A stretch of DNA of 64,000 bases, taken from contig CAWFSG010000018.1 of the NCBI GenBank assembly GCA_963818445.1, positions 38,639 through 102,638 of the forward strand, given 5' to 3'. Shown in pieces: positions 51,980 to 61,482 of this stretch. The translations under genes were made by a program, and so were the position numbers. The notes beneath the pieces are model-generated. The model made no database searches. It saw only the letters and a list, made by a program, of their open reading frames with translations, and was not told where the DNA came from. This DNA is from an uncultured Actinomycetes bacterium (GTDB taxonomy: Bacteria > Actinomycetota > Actinomycetes > S36-B12 > CAIYMF01). Position 1 is the first letter of the stretch; every line of letters begins with the position of its first letter.

Positions 51980-53143
51980 ATGGCCGACGATGACCGCAAC
52001 GATGCCCCGGACCACCTGCCCGCGGGGCTGTCGGCAGCCAGCATCGCCGTCGCCACGGGCCGTCCCGCGCGTGACCCGGGGGCCCCGATGAACGCCCCGG
52101 CAGTCTTCAGCTCGACGTTCGCCGCCGGCGGCCCTGTCTCCTACGCGCGGGTCGGCAACCCGACGTGGACGGCACTCGAGGAGGTACTGGCCGCCCTCGA
52201 GGGGCCCGGCTGCCACGCGATCAGCTTCGCCAGCGGGATGGCCGCGATCACGGCCGTGGCTGACCTGGTGCCGGTGGGTGCCGTCGTGGTGTCGCAGTCC
52301 GTCGCGTACAGCGGCACGCGCACGCAGCTGGCCCGGTGGAACGACTCAGGACGGATCCAGCTGCGGGAGGTCGACGCGCGAACCGACGAGCTGGTCGAGG
52401 CCGCCGCCGGAGCGGCCCTGGTGTGGTTGGAGACCCCGACCAACCCCACGCTCGAGGTCGTGGACATCGCCGCCGTCGCTGCGGCCGCCCACGCCGCCGG
52501 GGCCCTCGTCGTGGTGGACTCGACGTTCGCCACCCCCTTGGGCCAGAAGCCGCTGGACCTCGGCGCCGATGTCGTCGTGCACAGCGCCACGAAGTACCTG
52601 GCCGGTCACTCCGACGTGCTGCTCGGCGCGGTGGTCGCCCGCGACCCCGACCTGGTCGCCCGCGTCACGCGCAACCGGGTCCTCGGCGGCGGCATCCCCG
52701 GGCCGATGGAGGCCTGGATCGCCCTGCGCGGGCTGCGCACCTTCCCGTTGCGCTGGGAGCGCGCGTGCGCCAACGCCGCAGAGATCGCCCGCCGGTGCAC
52801 CGAGCACCCGGCAGTCACGCGGGTGCGCCACCTGAGCCTGCCCGACGACCCGGGGCACGCACTCGCGGTCCGCCAGATGACCGCCTTCGGCGCGATCATC
52901 AGCCTCGAGCTGCAGGGTGGCGCCGACGCCGCCGAGGCAGTGGCCGACGCGACCCGCCTGTGGGTGCACGCCACCAGCCTCGGTGGGGTCGAGTCCACCC
53001 TGGAGCGTCGTCGCCGCTGGCCCGAGGAGAGCCCGCACGTTCCCGACGGGCTGCTGCGGCTGTCGGTCGGCATCGAGGACGTCGAGGACCTGTGGGCGGA
53101 CCTGGCCGCCGCCCTCGACTCCCTGGTGGCGACGGGGGCCTGA
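51980..53143 (+). CDS. Cys/Met-metabolism PLP-dependent enzyme (cystathionine gamma-synthase/lyase family)
   Basis: 387 aa from ATG 51980 with PLP-lysine motif HSATKYLAGHSD and C-terminal LRLSVGIEDVEDL. Confidence 0.8.
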   Translation: MADDDRNDAPDHLPAGLSAASIAVATGRPARDPGAPMNAPAVFSSTFAAGGPVSYARVGNPTWTALEEVLAALEGPGCHAISFASGMAAITAVADLVPVGAVVVSQSVAYSGTRTQLARWNDSGRIQLREVDARTDELVEAAAGAALVWLETPTNPTLEVVDIAAVAAAAHAAGALVVVDSTFATPLGQKPLDLGADVVVHSATKYLAGHSDVLLGAVVARDPDLVARVTRNRVLGGGIPGPMEAWIALRGLRTFPLRWERACANAAEIARRCTEHPAVTRVRHLSLPDDPGHALAVRQMTAFGAIISLELQGGADAAEAVADATRLWVHATSLGGVESTLERRRRWPEESPHVPDGLLRLSVGIEDVEDLWADLAAALDSLVATGA

Positions 53144-53149
53144 CCCGGC

Positions 53150-53752
53150 TCAGCCCGCGGCCACGAACCCGAGGACCGCATCCGCGACCAGCTGCACCGC
53201 GATGGCCGCCAGCAACAGCCCTGAGATCCGCGTGAGGATCGTGATGCCGCCCTTGCCCATCACCCGGGAGACGACGCTCGAGTAGCGCATCGAGGCCCAC
53301 AGCACCGCGTGGACCGCGACGATGGCCCCGGCCAGAGCGGCCAGCTCGGGGACCGTGCTGGCGTCACGGGCGAACAGGATCGTGGCAACGATCGCCCCCG
53401 GACCGGCCAGCAGCGGCACCCCCAGCGGGACCAGTGCGATGCTCACGTCGGTGTGCGCCTCGGGCTCAGCCTCCTTGCCCATGAGCAGCTCGAGGGCGAC
53501 CAGCAGCAGGAGCAGCCCGCCGGCCCCCTGCATCGCAGGCAGCGAGATGTGCAGGTAGGACAGCACCTTGTCACCGAGGACCGCGAAGCCGGTGATGACC
53601 GCGAACGAGGTGAGCACCGCCGTACGGGCCAGCCGGGAGACCTCGGGGCGTGTGCGCTCACGGGTGAGCCCCAGGAAGATCGGGACGATCCCCGGCGGGT
53701 CGATGATGACCAGCAGGGTGACGAAGACGGCACCGTAGAACGCGAGATCCAT
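53150..53752 (-). CDS. MarC family (UPF0056) integral membrane protein
   Basis: 200 aa from ATG 53752 with six hydrophobic segments and the N-terminal IDPPGIVPIFL block. A TATGAT hexamer lies 6 nt upstream of the ATG, so the transcript may be leaderless. Confidence 0.75.
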   Translation of the reverse strand: MDLAFYGAVFVTLLVIIDPPGIVPIFLGLTRERTRPEVSRLARTAVLTSFAVITGFAVLGDKVLSYLHISLPAMQGAGGLLLLLVALELLMGKEAEPEAHTDVSIALVPLGVPLLAGPGAIVATILFARDASTVPELAALAGAIVAVHAVLWASMRYSSVVSRVMGKGGITILTRISGLLLAAIAVQLVADAVLGFVAAG

Positions 53753-53861
53753 CAGGCAATCATACGGCACGTGCCCCAGTTTGACCGAATCATCTTCACA
53801 CTTGCGATCAGCCGGACGCACAATCTTCCGCCAGATTCGACTACTATGACGCATATTTCTC

Positions 53862-54737
53862 CTACGCGGTCCCAGCCTCCAGTCGGACCCACAGTGGGGT
53901 CGGTACCTCCTCGATGGCCGGGCAGGTCACGTTGTGGTCCCGGTTGCGCCACACCCACTGGGTCATCACCAGCGGTCCCCCGGTGAATCCGACCCGGGAG
54001 CAGGACTCGGCCGTCTGGCGCATGCGTCCGGTGAAGGTACGGGCGCGCGAGTGTCCCGGCGCCCACAGCGGCACGTCGAGGGTCATCCCCCCGGTGATCT
54101 GTCGCCAGGCCAGCGCGTAGGTGTAGATGCCGGAGCCGATCCCTCGGTCGGCCGCCGCACGCAGTGCGCCCTGGATGAGCGCCTGGTTGTTGGCCGTCGT
54201 CCGCGACCACCGCCGCTCCGCGCGCGGCTCCACGTCGATCCAGACGAACGGTGACGGGAACTGTGCCGCCGCCATCGTGTCCAGGGCGAACGCCGCCTGC
54301 GCGTAGCCGACGTTGGCGATCCGGTCGGCGTACGTGGCAGTGCCGAACGGTCCTGATCCGCCGTGCGCCGCGCGTTCCGCCGCGTTGGGATAGCTCAGCA
54401 TCGTGTACGCGGAGACCGGCACGTCCCGCGTGCGCGCGGCATCCAGGTGCCCGGCCAGGCACGGGTTGCGGGTGAAGGCCCGCCCGTTGGTCAGCCCGAT
54501 CACGATGAACTGGGCCTTCGAGGTCGGCAGCGGCAGCCCCTGGGTGCGCCGGCCCGGAACACCCATGCCCTTGGGGCAGTTCGGCCACGAGATGTCCCCA
54601 CCCCGAACGCCTGCGGCCACAGCGCTGCCGGGCGCGACCTCGGGCTGAGTCAGGTCGTCGGCGGCCGCCGGGGCAACAGCCCCCACGGCGAGCGACATGG
54701 ACAGGACCAGGCTCGCGAGGGCGCGTCGGGTGATCAC
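53862..54737 (-). CDS. secreted protein with GH25/Rv2525c-like (DUF1906) glycoside-hydrolase-fold features
   Basis: Signal peptide MITRRALASLVLSMSLAVGAVAPAAA. The mature part begins GGDISWPNC, resembling the first strand of GH25-type barrels. Family assignment is tentative. Confidence 0.4.
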   Translation of the reverse strand: MITRRALASLVLSMSLAVGAVAPAAADDLTQPEVAPGSAVAAGVRGGDISWPNCPKGMGVPGRRTQGLPLPTSKAQFIVIGLTNGRAFTRNPCLAGHLDAARTRDVPVSAYTMLSYPNAAERAAHGGSGPFGTATYADRIANVGYAQAAFALDTMAAAQFPSPFVWIDVEPRAERRWSRTTANNQALIQGALRAAADRGIGSGIYTYALAWRQITGGMTLDVPLWAPGHSRARTFTGRMRQTAESCSRVGFTGGPLVMTQWVWRNRDHNVTCPAIEEVPTPLWVRLEAGTA

Positions 54738-54751
54738 GCGCCGAAGGCTAC

Positions 54752-55759
54752 CTACTCCGCACCCATCTCCGGCTTCGTCACACGCCCCATCAGCGCGCCG
54801 AGCATGTCGGCGGCGGCCATCTCATGGTGCACCACCTGGACGACCTGCTCGGTGATGGGCATCTCGACACCGTGCGAGCGGCCCAGTTCGAGGATCGGCA
54901 GGCAGGACTTGACGCCCTCACAGGTCTGCTTGGTGACCGCGATCGTCTCTTCGACGGTCAGGCCCTTGCCCAGGTTCTCGCCGAAGGTCCGGTTGCGCGA
55001 CAGCGGGGAGGAGCACGTGGCGATCAGGTCACCCATTCCGGCCAGGCCCAGGAACGTCATCGGGTTGGCCCCCAGCGCCACACCCAGGCGGGACATCTCC
55101 GCCAACCCGCGGGTGATGAGCGAGGCCTGCGAGTTGGCCCCGTACCCGAGCCCGACGGCCATGCCGTTGGCCAGCGCGATGACGTTCTTGACCGAGCCGC
55201 CGATCTCCGCGCCGACGACGTCGGTGGTCCAGTAGGGCCGGAAGTAGTTGGTGGTGCAGGCCTCCTGCAGTCGGCGGGCCGAGGCCTCGTCCGGGCAGGC
55301 CACCGTCGTGGCCGCCGGTGCCCGCTGGGCGATCTCCCGGGCGAGATTCGGCCCGGACACGACTGCGACCCGCTCCGGCGGGATGCCGCCGTCCTGGGCG
55401 ATGACCTCGCTCATGCGGCGCATCGTGCCCAACTCGATCCCCTTCATCAGGGACACGACGACGGCGTCGGGCTCCATCAGCTCGCGCCACGCCTGCAGGT
55501 TCATCGCCAGGGTCTGGGCCGGGATGGCCAGGATCACCAGGGAGGCGCCGGTCAGGGCCTCGGCCGGGTCGCCCGTTGCCCGCATCTGCTCCGGTAGGGC
55601 GATCCCGGGATGGAACATCTCGTTGGTGTGAGTGGTGTTGATCGACTCCTCGACCTCGGGCTCACGGGCCCACATCACGACATCACCCCCCGCGTCGCAC
55701 AGCACCATCCCGAACCCGGTGCCCCAGGACCCAGCACCCATCACCGCAACGCGAGCCAT
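54752..55759 (-). CDS. gpsA: NAD(P)H-dependent glycerol-3-phosphate dehydrogenase
   Basis: 335 aa from ATG 55759. MARVAVMGAGSWGT Rossmann start, then NxxxALxxxG-type and GLxxGxN blocks. Confidence 0.9.
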   Translation of the reverse strand: MARVAVMGAGSWGTGFGMVLCDAGGDVVMWAREPEVEESINTTHTNEMFHPGIALPEQMRATGDPAEALTGASLVILAIPAQTLAMNLQAWRELMEPDAVVVSLMKGIELGTMRRMSEVIAQDGGIPPERVAVVSGPNLAREIAQRAPAATTVACPDEASARRLQEACTTNYFRPYWTTDVVGAEIGGSVKNVIALANGMAVGLGYGANSQASLITRGLAEMSRLGVALGANPMTFLGLAGMGDLIATCSSPLSRNRTFGENLGKGLTVEETIAVTKQTCEGVKSCLPILELGRSHGVEMPITEQVVQVVHHEMAAADMLGALMGRVTKPEMGAE

Positions 55760-56517
55760 CAGTTCTCCTCCTTGGTCTGATCTGCGGCGCGCAGCTTCTG
55801 CTGGGCCGCCCAATCAAGTCGTTCTGCCGGGGCCTTCTCCCCGCGGATCTCCTCCAGCAGGCCCGTGATGGCATCCATCAGCCGGTCGGTTCCCCTCTCC
55901 AGCAGCGCCTTGGTGATGCGCTGACCGCGGAGGTCCTCGATGTCCAGCGGCGGACCAGCTGTGACGTGCATCGTCTTCGGGGGCAGGACGTTCATCTGCG
56001 TGGTGTACGGGGGCATGATCCTGTTGGCCCCCCACTGGGCGATCGGGATCAGCGGGGCGCCGGTCTCCAGGGCCACCCGCAGCGCGCCGGTCTTGCCCGA
56101 CATCGGCCAGGTGCCGGGGTCCCGGGTGATGGTGCCCTCGGGGTACATGACCAGGCACTCCCCACTCCTGACGGCCTCCTCGGCCGCGGCCAGCGCCTTG
56201 TGTGGATCCTTGTCCCGCGAGACCGGGATCTGCCCGGCACCACGGATCAGCTGGCCGGCCAGCGGGATCTCGAAGACGGACTGCTTGCCCATGAACCGAG
56301 GGGGCCGACCGTTGTCGTGCAGGAAGTGGGCCATGATCAGCGGATCGAGGAACGAGATGTGGTTGGGCGCGACCACGATCCCCTCGCCGTGCTTGCCCAG
56401 GTTCTCCGTCCCCCGCCAGTCCCGTCGTGTCAGGGCCATGAACGGCGGCCACAGGATGACCTCGGCGACCCGGTAGGAGACGCCGAGGTTCATGAAGAGC
56501 GTCTTGGTGCCCACCAT
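55759..56517 (-). CDS. plsC: 1-acyl-sn-glycerol-3-phosphate acyltransferase
   Basis: 252 aa with the acyltransferase motifs NHISFLDP (HX4D) and YPEGTITRD. Confidence 0.85.
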   Translation of the reverse strand: MVGTKTLFMNLGVSYRVAEVILWPPFMALTRRDWRGTENLGKHGEGIVVAPNHISFLDPLIMAHFLHDNGRPPRFMGKQSVFEIPLAGQLIRGAGQIPVSRDKDPHKALAAAEEAVRSGECLVMYPEGTITRDPGTWPMSGKTGALRVALETGAPLIPIAQWGANRIMPPYTTQMNVLPPKTMHVTAGPPLDIEDLRGQRITKALLERGTDRLMDAITGLLEEIRGEKAPAERLDWAAQQKLRAADQTKEEN

Positions 56518-56578
56518 CCACCTCTCACCGACCGTCGCAGGCCGCCACCGTATACCGGATGCGGGCCCGGGTGCCGGA

Positions 56579-58233
56579 TCAGAGGATCTCGGTGACCCCG
56601 CCCTCGCGCACGGCCAAGCCGGCGCACCTGGCGGCCCCGTCCGGCGACATGATCGATGAGGCGACGGTCATGGCTGACGAGCAGGATCGTGCCCTCGAAC
56701 TGGTCCAGTGCGGCCTCGACCTGCTCTATGGCCGGCAGGTCCAGATGGTTCGTCGGCTCGTCCATGACCAGGACGTTGGCACCCCGGGCGCTGATGACGG
56801 CCAGGCCGATACGGGTGCGCTCGCCCGGCGACAACAGGCCGACGGCGATACCGAGCCGATCGGCACCCAGCCCGAACTTGGCCAGCAGTGCGCGCACCTC
56901 CGCCTCGGGCATCCCGGCCAACTCGCGAGTCACCATGTCCCACAGGGTGACGGCCGGGTCCGCCGGGATCCGCGACTGGTCCACGCGTCCGATGACGACC
57001 CGGGCCCCGAGACTCTGGTGCCCGGACTCCAACTGCGATGTCGCCGAGGAGCATCCCGAGGAGCGTGGACTTCCCCGACCCGTTCGCGCCCGTGATCACC
57101 ACGCAGTCGCCCCGGTCGACCTGCAGGTCGATCGGTCCCATCCGGAAGCTGCCACGTGCCGTGATGGCGCCCCGCAGCGTCGCAACGACGTCTCCCGAGC
57201 GTTCGACCTCCGCCACCCGGAAGCGCAGCTGCCATTCCCGTCGTGGCTCGACGACATCGGGGAGCCGATCGACCTGTCGCTGGACACGGCCCGCGGAGGC
57301 TGCTCCCGCGGTCGCGCCATCGATCATCGCGTCACGCAGCATCTTGTCGATGCTTCCGGACCGATGCTTGGCCCTGGCCACCTTCGCCCCACGATCGGAG
57401 GTGGCCCGGGCGGCACGCATCTGGGCGAGCAGGTCCTCACGGGTGGCGGCGACCGCGTCGTACTCCTCCTGCGCTCGGCCGCGCGCCCGGGAGCGTTCGG
57501 CACTGTAGGCATCGAACCCGCCGCGGTAGTCCCCGACGGTCTCCAGCGCGGGGTCGAAGTCCAGGACCCGCGTGATCCGACGGGCGAGGAACTCCCGGTC
57601 GTGGCTGACCAGGAGGACCGGTCCCCGGATGCCGGCGAGGAACTGCTCGGCCATCTCCAGCCCGTCGAGGTCGAGGTCGTTGGTCGGCTCGTCGAGCAGG
57701 TAGGCGTCGAACCGGGAGAGCAGCAGCCCTGCCAGCCCGACCCGCGCGGACTGCCCACCGGACAGTCCCTGCATCGGATGCTCGAGCGGCAGCCCAGGTA
57801 CCACCTGGGCCAGCGTCGCCTCGATCCGGGCGTCCAGGTCCGGACCGCCGAGGCCCAACCAGTCCTCGAGGGCTATGGAGTAGCGCGCGTCGGCGCCGGG
57901 CGCCCCCTGCGCCAGCCCCTCGGCGGCGCGCTGCATCCGGTCGTCGGCATCCTGCACACCGGTGAGCCGGGTGAGGTGCTCCCCCACGGTCCCGGAGTGG
58001 GTGCGCTCCTGGGGCAGGTATCCGATCCGGGCACCCGGAGGGCTCCAGGTCACCGACCCGGAATCCTGGGCATGCAGCCCGGCGATGGTGCGCAGCAGGG
58101 TCGTCTTGCCGCACCCGTTCGGCCCGACCAGCCCGACCACCTCGTCCGGGCCGACCACGGCGTCGAGGTCGTGGAAGAGCTCGCGGGCGCCGAACGAGAC
58201 CGTGAGGCGGGAGAGCGTCACCGCGACGGACAT
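56579..58233 (-). pseudogene. ABC-F type ATPase (two ABC domains) with two frame breaks
   Basis: Domain 1 and the start of domain 2 (GPNGCGKTTLL...LSGGQ...GANGSGKSTLLGMLLGDIA) are in ORF 56668..58233. The rest of domain 2 (LESGHQSLGARVVIGRVDQ...LSPGERTRI...LVMDEPTNHLD...LLVSHDRRLIDHVA) is in ORF 56490..57032. A family-like end ...LAVREGGVTEIL* is in a third frame and stops at 56579. The span is 1655 nt. Confidence 0.75.
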
Positions 58234-58249
58234 GGCCGCGAGAGTAGCG

Positions 58250-58284
58250 CCTCACGCCCGGCCGACGGATCGACCGGGCGTGAG
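58250..58284. repeat. palindromic element copy 2 (CTCACGCCCGG-ccgacggatcga-CCGGGCGTGAG)
   Basis: 11-bp perfect stem. It matches the hairpin at 61427..61462 at 33 of 36 aligned positions, in the same orientation. It lies 17 nt upstream of the ABC-F ATG. Confidence 0.6.
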
Positions 58285-58320
58285 ACGTTCGCCGGGTTGG
58301 CTACTGCCTGCCCCGGGATC

Positions 58321-58353
58321 GTGCGGACCCGCTCGAGTCAGACGGGCCCGCAC
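58321..58353 (-). terminator. hairpin after the decayed secreted-protein gene (GTGCGGACCCG / CGGGCCCGCAC, one mismatch)
   Basis: Read directly in the sequence, 15 nt downstream of the stop codon at 58368..58370. Confidence 0.45.
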
Positions 58354-58367
58354 GATGTCAGTGAGCG

Positions 58368-61227
58368 CTAGCGGACCAGCGTCACCTGGTTGGAGACATC
58401 ACCCTTCATCCCGTACTTCTCCATCACCTTGACCCGGTAGGTGCCCTTGCCGAGATTGACGGTGCGGGTCTCCTTGCTTGTCTTGGTCCGCAGGGTCTTG
58501 CCGACCTTCTCCCACGAGACCTGGTCGCCCTTGACGACCTTGCGGTAGACCTTGATGTTCCAGTAGCCAGTGCCCTTGTTCGGGTTGACGTTGACGAACA
58601 ACTTGGTCCCGTTGTTGATCGCCTTCACCTTGACGACCGCGGCCGGAACGACCGGGGTCGTCGCAGAGGGCGCCCCTGCTCCCGGTGCCCCTGCTCCCGG
58701 TGCTCCCGGCTGCTCGGGGGCGCCTGTGGCGGCGGCGGCTGTTGGGTGGCCGGAGGCGCCGCCGCGGCCCTGATCACCACGAGCGAGGTCCTCCACCGCA
58801 CTCTCGTTCCCGGCCACGTCCGTCGCAGTCGCGGAGAAGATGTACGTCCCCGGCTCCAGGTCGGCGTAGGTCACGGACGACGTGCAACTCCCCGAGGAGA
58901 CAGTCACGCCGTTCTTGGTCAGCGTGCACTTGAAGGTCGACGCCGTCTCTCGCTCGCGGTGAGATCGAACGCGACCGTTGTGCTCAGGGCTGTGTCGACC
59001 GGCACGATCGTGACGTCGGGTGCGGTGGTGTCGCCCACGTCCGGCGGCTTCTCACCGTGGGCCTCCGGGGCGGAGACGGAAACGACTCAAGCGTGTCGCC
59101 GCGCAAGGTCGTTCCCGTCCTGCAGGCTGACGTCGAAGCTGTAGTTGCCCACCGGCGCCCCCTCGGCGACCGTGGCGTACCAGATCACCGTAGGTGAAGC
59201 CGGCACTGAGTGCGGCAGTCCAGGTGCCCACGAGCGACTGGCCCGCGTCCGGCATCCAGCGCCATGGCCACCATGTCGGTCCCGTTGCTGGCGTAGATCT
59301 TCACGTCGCCGGCCGTAGACCTTCACGTCGCCTGCGTCGAGCGCCGTCGGGGCCGGTCACGGTGAGCTCAAGCTGACCTGGTGCCGTCCGCGGGTGAGTA
59401 GACCTGCAGCGGGATCGTCATCGTAGACGCCCTGGGTGGCGAGCTTCGGCACCGAGTCGCCCCACAGGACCGTCGGCACGTTGTCGTTCACGGTGATCGT
59501 GCCGGTATCCGAGGCGAGAACCGTCGTCGGGGTCGAGTCATCAAGTCGATCAGCTCGAGCTTGATGGTGTAGACCCCGTCGGAGCCCCATCAGCGACCGT
59601 GACGTCGAACATCGTGGAGACGTTGTAGCCCAGGGCCAACCATGAGGTCCGTCGTCAAGCTGCCTCGTCGAGGTCAGGTGCCCACGAGGTTCTGACCAGG
59701 TCTCGTCCTCCTCGACAGGATGAACGGGACGGTCGTTCCTCGGCGAGATCGCCGGGGGTGCGGATCGCGCTCACGTCCCCCGCCGCGAGCGCGGTGGGGG
59801 CGTCGATCGTGATGCGCAACTGGGCATTCGTCGATGTCTTCCCCGCCCCAGGGGTTGAGCAGGGACGCCGTGATCGGGAACGTCTCGGTCTGGAAGACGT
59901 TCGCCGGCAGGCGTGCCGAGGTCGACAGCCGGGTCATGTGATCGCCTTCAACTGCGTCCGCGGTGGTGTCGACGCCCTGGGACGTCCATGTAGAAGCCGG
60001 GGAGGAACGTGTTGTCCGGGATGAAGTTGCACAGTGCCCGCACGTCATCGGCCAGCTGCGCGAACGCCGTGACACCGGTCAGGGTCTCGGTGCCGACTCG
60101 TCGTCCGGTACGACGACAGGTTGGTGAACGGCACCACGTCGGTGATCTTGCTGACCTTCCACGTCAGCGTCGGCACGTCGAGCCAGGTGACGCTGCCCTT
60201 GAAGGTCTCCGAGCGGTTGTACTTGAAGCCGCTGTAGTCGACGAACTGCTCGGCGGGGGTCGCCACGCCGTCAGTCGGCTGTCGGGGTCCAGCCGACTGC
60301 ACGAAGTTCACGCCCCAGGGGGACTCGTCGGCCTGGGGGTCGCGGTGGAGTCGGCCGCGGCGGGAAGCCGATGATCCGGTTGTAGTACTCGACGGTGTCG
60401 ATGGTGAACGGCGTGCTCTTGCTCGCCGCCGCACCGATGGTCATCGCCGCCAGCTCCCAGGCGTCGAACCGGCTGTTCGACGCTGCGCCGTGGGGATCCG
60501 GACCGATCTGTGCGGGCGGGCCAGGACATGGTCGTCTCGGTCGTCGAGAGCCCCGGGATCGTGCCGGTCTTCATCAGCGACTGGTAGATCGCCGCGTTCT
60601 CGGGCGATGCGTCGATGGTCGAGCCGTCGTAGCTGATGCGACCGGTCGCCTCGAGTGCGATCGCGTCGGCGAACCCCAGCTTCAACGCCACATCGGCGAG
60701 CTTGCGTGGCGATGACCTCGTCCGCCGTGCGGGCGAGGTTCAGCCGCTCCAGCTCGACCTCGGAGACGAACATGGCGTACTGCGGCTGCGGGTCACACGC
60801 CCCGGTGAACTCGAGTGGCACCGTCGGTGGGACCGCCTCGAGGTCGATCCCCTCGCCCTGCAGCGGGACGATCCAGACGTTCCGGCCGTCGACCGGGTTC
60901 GGACATCGTCGAGGTCGTCACTCCGGGGATCGCCACGTAGGACACGGGCTGCACGCAGTACTCGATCGAAGCGGTCGTCAATTGGCGGTTTCGGGAACCA
61001 CGTACTTCTTGAGGATGGGCGTCCCGTTCGCGGCGCGCAAGGCGATCACCAGGTCGGAGTAGACCGACCCCGTCGTGGTTTCACCACCACCGCTGCCAGC
61101 CCCCGCCGCCTCCACCGCCACCGCCGCCACCGCCGCCAGGGCCGGCGGCCAGGGCCGGGGTGGACAGGACAAGGAGTGCGGCTGTCGCCGCGGAGAGGAT
61201 CGTGCCGGCACGCGTTCGTGTGTTCAT
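58368..61227 (-). pseudogene. large secreted/surface protein gene, extensively frame-shifted
   Basis: GGAGG SD plus ATG at 61227, then signal peptide MNTRTRAGTILSAATAALLVLSTPALA and a 13-Gly tract. The coherent protein sequence can then only be followed by hopping between at least ten listed minus-strand ORF fragments (60978..61211, 60793..60981, 60441..60821, 60308..60691, 60045..60434, 59674..60075, 59357..59590, 59087..59326, 59052..59255, 58368..58907) and across an in-frame TGA after PETAN. The C-terminal part has Ig-like beta-sandwich character (TFKCTLTKNGVTVSSGSCTSSVTYADLEPGTYIFSATATDVAGNES). Confidence 0.75.
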
Positions 61228-61326
61228 GGTGCCTCCATTGACTCGATGGGAGGTGCCGTCGAGGTGACTCGCCCTCAGTGACACCCGCTACGCACTCTTC
61301 TCCCAACATGTGGGGGCCAGGTGGCG

Positions 61327-61359
61327 GTCGTGTGGAGGTCGTGTGGAGATCGTGTGGAT
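61327..61359. repeat. three tandem 11-bp direct repeats GTCGTGTGGAG / GTCGTGTGGAG / ATCGTGTGGAT
   Basis: Read directly. The repeats lie 100-132 nt upstream of the ATG of the decayed secreted-protein gene. Confidence 0.7.
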
Positions 61360-61423
61360 TCTGGCCCGAGGGCTCAACAAGGCCCGCGATACGCCCGATA
61401 ACGGCAGGTCCACGGGGCACGAA

Positions 61424-61466
61424 CGCCCTCACGCCCGGCCGAATGATCGGACCGGGCGTGAGGGCG
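61424..61466 (-). terminator. hup terminator hairpin = palindromic element copy 1 (CGCCCTCACGCCCGG-ccgaatgatcgga-CCGGGCGTGAGGGCG)
   Basis: 15-bp perfect stem, 17 nt downstream of the hup stop codon. Confidence 0.6.
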
Positions 61467-61482
61467 CTGGTTGCTTCTGCTG

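Noticed and set aside
61099-61137. Glycine-codon tract as a programmed phase-variation switch for the secreted protein
   Set aside because: The repeat unit is a codon, so slippage would normally stay in frame. The gene also has many further breaks downstream, so a reversible on/off switch cannot explain its state. I kept it only as a possible origin of the first lesion.
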